Part shown: piece by piece, positions 36,814 through 45,219 of the stretch
How the letters are laid out: every line of letters begins with the position of its first letter
How positions within the stretch are numbered: position 1 is the stretch's first letter
From: Bacteroidales bacterium M8
Lineage (GTDB): Bacteria > Bacteroidota > Bacteroidia > Bacteroidales > Muribaculaceae
Assembly: GCA_001689495.1 (NCBI GenBank)
Contig: LUJS01000043.1
Span: 21,095 to 85,094, forward strand
Direction: 5' to 3'
DNA length: 64,000 nt
Program-made: the position numbers and the translations under genes
The notes under the pieces: model-generated
Told to the model about the DNA's origin: nothing
The model's input: the letters and a program-made list of their open reading frames with translations, nothing else
Databases searched by the model: none

Positions 36814-39336
36814 TTAGCGGCGCTCCATCTCGAGGCAGGCGTTGATGTAGGGACCTACGCCCTTGCAGTCGTTCTCGATGATGGGCTCCGAGAGATAATA
36901 CTCGAACGAGCCGTCGCGGCGATTCTTGCCGCCGAGGCCGCCCACGGCGCAGCAGTTGAGCAGCGACAGGGTGCCGTCCTTGTCCTCGCGCACGAGGTGC
37001 TTCTGCATGCCGTTCCATCCGGTCAGGGCTGCCTGCAGGTAGCTGTCGTCAAGCAGGCCCATGCGCACGCCGCGCAGCAGCGAGTAGACGTACATGGCCG
37101 TGGCAGTGCCCTCGAGGTAGTTGCCCTCGCGGCCGGGCTGGTCGAGTACTTGGAACCAGCATCCGCTCTTGGTGTCTTGGAACTTGACAACGCCGTCGGC
37201 CAGCGACTTGAGCAGCTTGACCAGCTCGGGGCGGTTGGGGTTGTCGGCGGGCATCTCCTCGAGCACGTCGAGCAGTGCCATGAATATCCAGCCCTGAGCG
37301 CGGGCCCATGCGTGGGCCGACTGTCCGGTCTCCTTGTCGCACCAGAACTGCTCCTTGCTCTCGTCCCATGCGTGACGGTAGAGTCCGGTCTTGGGGTCGT
37401 AAGTGTGCTTGGCCACGGTGAGGAACTGGTTGGCGATGTTGTCCCACTCCTTGGCCTGCTCGTCGGCGCTCAGATAGCGCTTGGCATACTTGGCGCTGAA
37501 GGGCTCGGCCATGAACAGGCCGTCGAGCCACATCTGGTGGGGATATACCTTCTTGTGCCAGTATCCGCCGTCGGCGGTCTTGGGCTGGCCCTTGAGCTGC
37601 TCGTGCAGGGTCTTCATGGCGGTCATGTACTTCTCGTCGCCGGTGCGGTCGTATGCCACCATCAGCAGGGTGCCGTTCTTGACCTGATCGAGGTTATAGT
37701 CGGCGATCTTGTATGTCTTGATGGTGCCGTCGGGGTTGACGAGGGAGTCGACATACGAGATGGCATAGTCCTCGATGTTCTTGTCGCCATAGCGGTTGGC
37801 CACGTTGACGAATGCGTCGAGCTCGGTGCCCACGGCGTATGTCCACTTCAGGCCCTTCTGGCCGTCGAGGCGCACGCTCTGGGGATTGCGCTTCATCTCA
37901 GACATCACCATGCGCTGCGACAGCGGGGCGTGCTCGTTGACCAGCTTGCCGTTGATGTACGTGTTGGCGATGATGAGGTTCTTGACCAGACCCTCTATCG
38001 AGTTGCCGTCCTTCTTCACGCCGTCAAAGTGACAGTCTATCACCTCGATGTTGCGGATGTTGCAGAGGTCCTCGAATCCTTCGATCTTGATGCCGTACTC
38101 GCTCTCCTTGCAGGTGATGTTCTGCAGGTAGACGTTCTGTACCACGGGGGGATACGAGTGGTCGCAGGCCTCCTTGCGCTCGTAGATGAGGTTTATCTTG
38201 AGCACGGCCTCCTTGCACTGGCCCACCTCGATGTTGCGCACGTATATGTCCTCGATGACGCCGCTGCGGCACGAGTTGGTCTTGATGCGCACCACGCGGT
38301 CCAGATCGGGCGAGTCCATCACGCAGTTCTCGGCAAATAGGTTCTTGAATCCGCCCGAGATCTCCGAGCCGACGACGATGCCGCCGTGGCCGTTCTTCAT
38401 GCGGCAGTTGCGCACGATGACGTTCTCGGTGGGGCGGGCTGCCACGATGCCGTCGCGGTTGCGGCCGCTCTTGATGGCGATGCAGTCGTCGCCTGTGTCA
38501 AAGAAGCAGTCCTCGATCAGCACGTCCTTGCACGACTCGGGGTCGCAGCCGTCGCCGTTGGGGCCGTCGTTCTGTATGTGCACGCCTTTGACGGTGAGAT
38601 TTTCGCAGAACAGGGGGTGTATCACCCAGAACGGCGAGCGCAGCAGGGTCACGTCCTCGATCAGCACGTTCTTGCAGTCGACGAAGTTCACGAGCTGCGG
38701 GCGCATGCCGTATCCGTCGCCCATCTGGCGCTTCTCCACGGGCACGCCGTTTTCGTTCCACTCCTGCAGCAGGGGGCGGCCAATCTTCTGGGTGGCGATG
38801 GGCTCGGTGCCTGTGTAGTCGTGACCTTTCTTGGCGCTCATGCCCCACCAGTTCGAGTTGTCGGCCTGGCCGTCAAGCGTGCCCTTGCCGGTCAGGGCGA
38901 TGTTGGTGGCGCCGTTGGCATAGACGAGGGGCTGATAGTTGTAGCAGTCCATGCCCTCCCAGCGGGTGCGCACCACGGGATATTGCGACGGGTCTGTGGT
39001 GAAGAGCAGCGTGGCGCCCTCCTCGAGGTGCAGGTTCACGTTGTCCTTGAGCGTGATGGGGCCGGTGAGCCACTGTCCCTTGGGGATGATGACGCGGCCG
39101 CCGCCCTCGCGCGAGCACAGGTCGATGGTCTTGTTGATGAGTTCGGTGTAGAGGAATCCCTTGGTCTTGGATTTTTTGCCGTAGTCAAACAGCTTGTAGT
39201 CCTTGTCGCGGAACTGCGGGGCCTTGATCCGCGATTCGATCTGCGGATACACCTGTTCCCACGCTTCCTGCGGAGTGGTGGCTAAGGCCGTTGCCGCTAC
39301 CCAGAGGGCCAGCAGCAGGGTCGAGATTTTCTTCAT
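36814..39336 (-). CDS. fusion protein: GH28 (galacturonidase-like) N-terminal half plus GH105/GH88-type unsaturated (rhamno)galacturonyl hydrolase C-terminal half
   Basis: GH28 motifs NGDGCDP, GDDCIAIKSG, KNGHGGIVVGSE and RIKT in about aa 1-465. YteR/YesR-like (alpha/alpha)6 region WTYAVG...GGYWHKKVYPHQMWLDGLFM...RHAWDES from about aa 470. Confidence 0.85.
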   Translation of the reverse strand: MKKISTLLLALWVAATALATTPQEAWEQVYPQIESRIKAPQFRDKDYKLFDYGKKSKTKGFLYTELINKTIDLCSREGGGRVIIPKGQWLTGPITLKDNVNLHLEEGATLLFTTDPSQYPVVRTRWEGMDCYNYQPLVYANGATNIALTGKGTLDGQADNSNWWGMSAKKGHDYTGTEPIATQKIGRPLLQEWNENGVPVEKRQMGDGYGMRPQLVNFVDCKNVLIEDVTLLRSPFWVIHPLFCENLTVKGVHIQNDGPNGDGCDPESCKDVLIEDCFFDTGDDCIAIKSGRNRDGIVAARPTENVIVRNCRMKNGHGGIVVGSEISGGFKNLFAENCVMDSPDLDRVVRIKTNSCRSGVIEDIYVRNIEVGQCKEAVLKINLIYERKEACDHSYPPVVQNVYLQNITCKESEYGIKIEGFEDLCNIRNIEVIDCHFDGVKKDGNSIEGLVKNLIIANTYINGKLVNEHAPLSQRMVMSEMKRNPQSVRLDGQKGLKWTYAVGTELDAFVNVANRYGDKNIEDYAISYVDSLVNPDGTIKTYKIADYNLDQVKNGTLLMVAYDRTGDEKYMTAMKTLHEQLKGQPKTADGGYWHKKVYPHQMWLDGLFMAEPFSAKYAKRYLSADEQAKEWDNIANQFLTVAKHTYDPKTGLYRHAWDESKEQFWCDKETGQSAHAWARAQGWIFMALLDVLEEMPADNPNRPELVKLLKSLADGVVKFQDTKSGCWFQVLDQPGREGNYLEGTATAMYVYSLLRGVRMGLLDDSYLQAALTGWNGMQKHLVREDKDGTLSLLNCCAVGGLGGKNRRDGSFEYYLSEPIIENDCKGVGPYINACLEMERR

Positions 39337-39410
39337 GGTTTTTTGTGTATATAATATATGTATTCAGGCTAAAACAGCGTCGCCGACTGGGTGTTGGCTC
39401 ATCGGCTGCA

Positions 39411-39418
39411 CAAAGTTA
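39411..39418 (-). promoter_or_regulatory. -7 box TAACTTTG (GH28-GH105 gene)
   Basis: Plus-strand caaagtta, 75 nt upstream of start 39336. Extended TCGTAACTTTG. Confidence 0.5.
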
Positions 39419-39503
39419 CGAACGATTGACCCAATAGGCCAAAAAAAGCGTTAAAATTCTTAGTTATTTTTTGTTAACCCTTTGTGGTTTCGGAAATTTT
39501 TAT

Positions 39504-39511
39504 TACTTTTG
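39504..39511 (+). promoter_or_regulatory. -7 box TACTTTTG (SusC/SusD operon); implies a leader of about 200 nt
   Basis: The only exact TAnnTTTG on the plus strand of the 389-bp spacer. Confidence 0.4.
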
Positions 39512-39527
39512 TATTGAAAATTGCTGA

Positions 39528-39552
39528 CATACACCCTCTGTTCATACACCCT
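39528..39552 (+). repeat. direct repeat CATACACCCT x2 (15-nt spacing) in the SusC leader
   Basis: Exact 10-mers at 39528-39537 and 39543-39552. Confidence 0.8.
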
Positions 39553-39725
39553 ATTACAATAAGGTCGTGAGAGCGTGTGCCAACTTTTTGACTGCCAATA
39601 ATCTATACCGTAAAACAAAACCATTTTCAAACACGAAGACCAAACCAAAATCGAACAAACAACCAATCAAAGCTCAATACGAAAGAATTGCATGAAAAAA
39701 AATCTTATTTATCAACTGACAAAAC

Positions 39726-42700
39726 ATGAAAGACTTAATCACAGGTCGTAGCCAGTGGCTGCGGCGATTTTCCCTTGCGACGCATTGGAAAACCATGCTC
39801 CTCCTGATGGTGCTCTGCGCAGGCCTTCCGGTCTCGGCTCAGAACATCACCGTCTCCGGTGTGGTCGAAGATAGCACCGGCGAACCCATGATCGGCGCCA
39901 CCGTCCTCGTTGACGGCTCTAAGGAAGGTGCAGCTACCGACATTGACGGTAACTTCACTCTCAAGAACATTTCTCCCAAAGCTACTCTCAAGGTTTCGTA
40001 TGTTGGTTACAAGACCGAAGAGGTGGCCGTAAACGGTCAGACCAACCTCCGCATCGTCCTCGTCGAGGATTCCGAGGCTCTTGAGGAGGTAGTCGTTATC
40101 GGTTATGGCGGCACACGTGCCCGCCGCGACCTCACCGGTTCAGTAGGTTCCGTATCGGGTGTCAAGCTCGCCGCCGTGCCTGTGACCTCTGCAGCCGTCG
40201 CCCTTCAGGGTAAGGTTGCCGGCGTGCAGGTTACCACCGTCGACGGTCAGCCCGGTGCCGACATCAACATCCGCGTGCGTGGTGCGACATCGGTGACCCA
40301 GTCCAACGACCCCCTCTATATCGTGGACGGCTTTCAGGTAGAGAACATCAACGATATTCCCCCGTCCGACATCCAGAGCATCGACGTGCTCAAGGATGCC
40401 TCGCTCACCGCTATATATGGTGCGAAGGGTGGTAACGGTGTTGTCATCGTGACCACCAAGTCGGCTCAGGAAGGCAAGACTCAGGTGTCTCTCAACCTTC
40501 AGGGTTCTGTCAGCCACATCTCCAAGAAGCTCGACCTCATGGATCCCTACGACTTCGTCAACTACCAGTGGGACTTCGCCACGGGCCGTTCCAAGTCGTC
40601 TTCGGCTGCCAAGCTCTTCCGCTTCAACTTCGGCAACATCCGCGACGTGGATCTCTATCGCTATGCTCCCCACCACGACTGGCAGGACGAGGTAATGGGC
40701 AACAACCCCTTCTCGTACTCGACCAACCTCTCTATCGGCGGTGGCAATGACAATACCCGCTACAACATCTCGTTCACCCAGAGCGAGGACAAGGGTATCA
40801 TCATGGGCTCGGGCGTACGTCGTACCAACATCCACACCAAGCTGCAGACCAAGATCCTCCCCAACCTCACCCTGCAGTACAACCCCAAGGTTTCTTATCG
40901 TCGTGATGAGGGCGCAGGTGGCGACAACGTAGGTACCGGCGGTATCATCGACGTTCTCCGCTATCGTCCCACCAACGGTATCCGCGAGCTCGGTGGCATC
41001 ACTTGGACTCCCGGTGCCGAGGATCCCGATCAGGAGCAGCTCTTCCAGTACACCAACCCTGTGAACGACATCCGCTCCAACACCCGCAAGAAACACTCCT
41101 ACAGCGTTGCCAATCAGGCGTCTCTCGAGTACAAGCCCATCACCGGCCTGACCCTGCGCACCGAGGGCAACTATACCTTCTCGTTCTCTGACGACAACCG
41201 TTTCTGGGGCCCCCTGACCTCGACCGGCAAGAGCAACAACTCGCTGCCCGTGGCTCAGATCCAGAAGTCGCAGACCAACCAGTACACTTGGACCACCACC
41301 GCTTCTTATGACTGGAGCATCAAGGAGAAGAACAACTTCTTCGCCCTCGTCGGCTTCGAGCTCTATCACAAGCAGGGCCAGTCCACCACCCAGCGCAACC
41401 GCTACTTCCCCCGCGAGATCACTGCCGACAAGGCCATCAGCAACATGGGCCTCGGTCAGCCTTACACCTCGACCTCGACTCTCGGCACCGCCGACCGCAC
41501 CACATCGTACTTCGGTCAGCTCAACTACAACTTCGACCACAAGTACCTCCTCTCGGCCACGTTCCGTGCCGACGGTTCGACAATGTTCGCCAAGGGCCAC
41601 CAGTGGGGCTACTTCCCCTCGGTTTCGGGTGCTTGGGTAATGTCTCAGGAAAACTGGATGAAGGACCTCACATGGCTTGACGAGTTCAAGATCCGTGCCG
41701 CCATCGGTAAGGCCGGTAACAACCGTATCAAGGCCGACATGTGGCGCTACCTCTACACCTCCAACTCTACCGGCGGCCCCGGCTTCGGCGAGGTTACTCC
41801 CGACGGCGAGCTCTGGTATGACTTTGACAAGTACCTCCCCAACCCCGACATCAAGTGGGAGACAACCCTGACCCGCAACTTCGCCATCGACCTCTCGTTC
41901 TTCAGCGGTCGTCTGCGCATCACCCCCGAGTACTATTGGAACACCACCTCAGACCTTATCTACGAGGCTGACGTGCTCACCACCCTCGGCTACCAGAAGC
42001 AGTTCCAGAACATCGGTCAGGTCACCAACCGCGGTTTCGAGCTCGCTGTCAACGGCGACATCCTCCGTGGCAAGGACTATGCCCTCAGCGCCAGCTTCAA
42101 CCTCGGCGCCAACAAGATGAAGGTCGACAAGCTCACCGGCGACGAGTCTTACATCGAGCTCCGTCACAGCCGCGCCAACTCTTCGGCCGGCAACAACTAC
42201 CGTCTCGAGGTAGGTGGCGAGGTTGGTCTCATCTACGGCTATGTATATGACGGCCTCTATGGCTTCGACGAGTTCACCTACAACACCGGTACAGGCGTCT
42301 TCGACCCCATACCTCAGGAGTTCGACGAGAACGGCAAGCTCATCAGCGGTACCATCCTGATGGACAACATGTACAACTCGAACGATCAGGGTACCCAGAC
42401 CCAGCCCGGCAAGCCCAAGTTCCGCGACCTCAACGGTGACGGCGTCATCGACGAGAACGACAAGACCATCATCGGCCGCACCACTCCCAAGCTGCAGGGC
42501 GGTTTCGGTCTCAACGGCCAGTGGAAGGGCTTTGACTTCACTGCCAACTTCACCTTCTTCTGCGACTTCGACGTCTACAACGCCACCGGCTATGTACTTT
42601 CTTCGTCGACCAACAACAAGAACAACTTCTACAACGTCCTCTCGTCGTTCAACAACGACAACCGCTGGATGTACACCAACGGCGTAGAGCACATGTATGG

Positions 42701-43097
42701 CAACCCCCAGATGTTCTGGCCCAACTTCGAGGGCTCGGGCTTCGAGGGCGCTGAGCTCAAGGGCTATGAGATGTTCCAGATAGTCAATGCCGGCCGCACC
42801 GAGTGGAACCCCTCTGACGTAAACAAGGAGTTCACCATCAGCAAGTTCGTCGAGGACGGCTCGTTCCTGCGTTGCACCGACATCACCGTCGGCTACACCC
42901 TCCCCGCCAAGATCTACAAGAAGGCAGGCATGAGCAAGTGCCGCTTCTATGCCTCTGTCACCAACCCCTTCATCATCACCAGCTATAGCGGTTATGACCC
43001 CGAGGTTGACGTTCAGAGCGGTCTTACCCCCTCGTACGACATGAACCGCTACCCGCGTTCGCGCAGCTACGTGTTCGGTCTCAATGTGGCATTCTAA
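39726..43097 (+). CDS. susC: SusC/RagA-family TonB-linked outer membrane protein
   Basis: Signal peptide, carboxypeptidase-regulatory-like domain (ITVSGVVEDSTGEPMIGATVLV), plug, and a 22-strand-size barrel ending LNVAF. No STN/anti-sigma extension. Confidence 0.95.
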   Translation: MKDLITGRSQWLRRFSLATHWKTMLLLMVLCAGLPVSAQNITVSGVVEDSTGEPMIGATVLVDGSKEGAATDIDGNFTLKNISPKATLKVSYVGYKTEEVAVNGQTNLRIVLVEDSEALEEVVVIGYGGTRARRDLTGSVGSVSGVKLAAVPVTSAAVALQGKVAGVQVTTVDGQPGADINIRVRGATSVTQSNDPLYIVDGFQVENINDIPPSDIQSIDVLKDASLTAIYGAKGGNGVVIVTTKSAQEGKTQVSLNLQGSVSHISKKLDLMDPYDFVNYQWDFATGRSKSSSAAKLFRFNFGNIRDVDLYRYAPHHDWQDEVMGNNPFSYSTNLSIGGGNDNTRYNISFTQSEDKGIIMGSGVRRTNIHTKLQTKILPNLTLQYNPKVSYRRDEGAGGDNVGTGGIIDVLRYRPTNGIRELGGITWTPGAEDPDQEQLFQYTNPVNDIRSNTRKKHSYSVANQASLEYKPITGLTLRTEGNYTFSFSDDNRFWGPLTSTGKSNNSLPVAQIQKSQTNQYTWTTTASYDWSIKEKNNFFALVGFELYHKQGQSTTQRNRYFPREITADKAISNMGLGQPYTSTSTLGTADRTTSYFGQLNYNFDHKYLLSATFRADGSTMFAKGHQWGYFPSVSGAWVMSQENWMKDLTWLDEFKIRAAIGKAGNNRIKADMWRYLYTSNSTGGPGFGEVTPDGELWYDFDKYLPNPDIKWETTLTRNFAIDLSFFSGRLRITPEYYWNTTSDLIYEADVLTTLGYQKQFQNIGQVTNRGFELAVNGDILRGKDYALSASFNLGANKMKVDKLTGDESYIELRHSRANSSAGNNYRLEVGGEVGLIYGYVYDGLYGFDEFTYNTGTGVFDPIPQEFDENGKLISGTILMDNMYNSNDQGTQTQPGKPKFRDLNGDGVIDENDKTIIGRTTPKLQGGFGLNGQWKGFDFTANFTFFCDFDVYNATGYVLSSSTNNKNNFYNVLSSFNNDNRWMYTNGVEHMYGNPQMFWPNFEGSGFEGAELKGYEMFQIVNAGRTEWNPSDVNKEFTISKFVEDGSFLRCTDITVGYTLPAKIYKKAGMSKCRFYASVTNPFIITSYSGYDPEVDVQSGLTPSYDMNRYPRSRSYVFGLNVAF

Positions 43098-43130
43098 CCT
43101 AAATCCATATACCACTTACGAAACAATAAA

Positions 43131-45188
43131 ATGAAATTTCGCAATATATTCATAGCCGGTCTGTCGGCGCTGGCATTCGCCTCCTGCTCCGACTATCTGG
43201 ACGTTCCAGCCCCCTCGCAGAACGAACTGGGTTACGTCTACTCGGACCAGACCGAGATGGGTCGCGCCCTCAACGGCGTGTATGCATCCATGCTCGTCGA
43301 CAACACCTATGGCGACAAACTCTACTCGACCTACGTCATGAACACTGACGTAGACTTCAAGTCGAGCAGCTCACAGTTCCTCTCGGGCAACGCATGGTCT
43401 CGCTATGACGCCGACCCCGACGGTGGCGACATCAACAACACATGGGCGGCACAGTACAAGACCATCGAGCTCGCCAACATGTTTGTCGAGGGTGTCGAGG
43501 GCTCTCCCCTCTACAACCCCGAGGACGAGGAGACATACGCCAACCTGCGCCAGATGGTCGGCGAGGCCAAGGTGCTCCGTGCCATCGTATATCACGACCT
43601 CACTTGGATGTTCGGCGACGTGCCCTTCACATTCAGCTCAAGCCGTGTAACCGGCACCACCATCCACCCCGTCACCGACCGTGCCGAGGTTCTCGATAAC
43701 ATCATCGCTGACCTCGAGAGCATCTGCGAGGACATGAAGTTTGCCGACGAGCTCGAGGATGGCGTCGAGCGCGTGTCCAAGGAAATGGCTTGGGCCATGA
43801 TCGCCCGCATCGCCCAGACCGCCGCAGGCTATACCCTCCGTCCCGAGGGCGACACCTATGGCAAGATGGAGCGCATGAATCCCGAGAACTGGCAGGACTA
43901 CTACAAGACTGTCATCAAGTATGCCGACAAGGTCATCAAGTCGGGCAAGCACGACCTGAACAAGCAGTTCTATCAGGTATTCTCGGAGCCCTGCCAGCTC
44001 AAGGCTTCGTCCGTATCCGACGACGTCATCTGGGAGATCCCCTTTGCAAAGGAGTCTACCGGTCAGGTCGGCTACAACCACGGTCCCCAGATGGACAGCG
44101 ACTCCGGCGTAGGCTTCGGTGTCTATGGCGAGTCTAAGGTCAACGCAGCCCTCAACGCTCTCTATCGCTTCCAGTTCGATCCCGAGGACATCCGTCGCGA
44201 CTACGTTAACTGTCTCATCAAGTACAACGCTCCTCAGGGCGAGGCCATCCTGCACAACGCTTATGTAGTTCAGAACGGCAAGTGGTCCAAGCTGTGGGGT
44301 CCCGGCCTCGGTGCCCAGACCACCAAGAACACCGGCATCAACTTCCCCTTCATGCGCTATACCGACGTCCTCCTCATGTATGCCGAGGCTGTCAACGAGA
44401 CTGAAGACGGCGTGTCGGGTGCCAACGGTGCAGCAGCCAAGGAGTCTCTCGCCAAGGTTCGCCGCCGCGCGTTCTCCAACGCCGAGAAGGTAGACGGCTA
44501 CATCGCAGCCCGCACCTCGCAGGAGGATTTCCGCAAGGCCGTCCTCGACGAGCGCAAGTGGGAGTTTGCAGGCGAGAACATGCGCTGGCGTGACCTCGTG
44601 CGTCACAACATGCTCAACGAGATCGTCTACTGGTCATTCTACCGCTATCTCAGCATCGCCGAGCTCTGCGACGCATCTTCGGATAACGCACAGTATGTGT
44701 CTACCTACGACTTCGGTCGTGACGACGCCTACGACAAGATGCCCTTCCACATCTACTATGTCAAGAACGTCGACAACAAGATCAAGGTCGATGGCGTTGA
44801 GCAGCCCATCCTCCCCGTAAACCAGTTCCCCAATCAGGACGTCAAGGTGGCCCGCATACTCAACCCCTATGAGTACGCCAAGAAGAACGACTTCAGCACC
44901 GTCAGCAACCTTGAGGATGCCGAATACATGAACTGGGCCAAGGAAGGCTCGATCAAGAACGAGATTCACTTCTCGCACCGCGGCTACATCTACCTCGGCA
45001 ATGGTACCACCGGTCTCGACGGTGTGGTTTACATCAACAACAACGGCAACTTCGTGATGGATAACATCAATCCCTCGTCGTTCCCCACCGCCAAGGATCT
45101 TCCCGTTATCCGTTACATCCTGCCTATCCCCCGCGCTGTCCTCAGCCGTTCGGGCGGTCAGTATGTCAACAAGTATGGTTACAAATAA
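43131..45188 (+). CDS. susD: SusD/RagB-family nutrient-binding lipoprotein
   Basis: Lipobox AFASCSDYLD. Immediately follows SusC. TPR-like helical composition. 685 aa. Confidence 0.9.
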   Translation: MKFRNIFIAGLSALAFASCSDYLDVPAPSQNELGYVYSDQTEMGRALNGVYASMLVDNTYGDKLYSTYVMNTDVDFKSSSSQFLSGNAWSRYDADPDGGDINNTWAAQYKTIELANMFVEGVEGSPLYNPEDEETYANLRQMVGEAKVLRAIVYHDLTWMFGDVPFTFSSSRVTGTTIHPVTDRAEVLDNIIADLESICEDMKFADELEDGVERVSKEMAWAMIARIAQTAAGYTLRPEGDTYGKMERMNPENWQDYYKTVIKYADKVIKSGKHDLNKQFYQVFSEPCQLKASSVSDDVIWEIPFAKESTGQVGYNHGPQMDSDSGVGFGVYGESKVNAALNALYRFQFDPEDIRRDYVNCLIKYNAPQGEAILHNAYVVQNGKWSKLWGPGLGAQTTKNTGINFPFMRYTDVLLMYAEAVNETEDGVSGANGAAAKESLAKVRRRAFSNAEKVDGYIAARTSQEDFRKAVLDERKWEFAGENMRWRDLVRHNMLNEIVYWSFYRYLSIAELCDASSDNAQYVSTYDFGRDDAYDKMPFHIYYVKNVDNKIKVDGVEQPILPVNQFPNQDVKVARILNPYEYAKKNDFSTVSNLEDAEYMNWAKEGSIKNEIHFSHRGYIYLGNGTTGLDGVVYINNNGNFVMDNINPSSFPTAKDLPVIRYILPIPRAVLSRSGGQYVNKYGYK

Positions 45189-45219
45189 TCTTGCCTGATT
45201 AATATACCGAACAAACACA

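Noticed and set aside
39692-39751. 19-codon upstream ORF overlapping the SusC start as a real gene
   Set aside because: It is too short, shows no supporting signal, and its A-rich sequence could be open by chance. It is kept only as a note within the leader finding.
40140-41600. 486-aa ORF antisense to SusC. Similar long antisense ORFs lie at 36622-38340, 41949-43115, 47630-49060 and 61414-63384.
   Set aside because: All lie entirely inside strongly supported genes on the other strand and translate to low-complexity Val/Gly/Asp/Glu/Leu-rich sequence. They are treated as non-coding.
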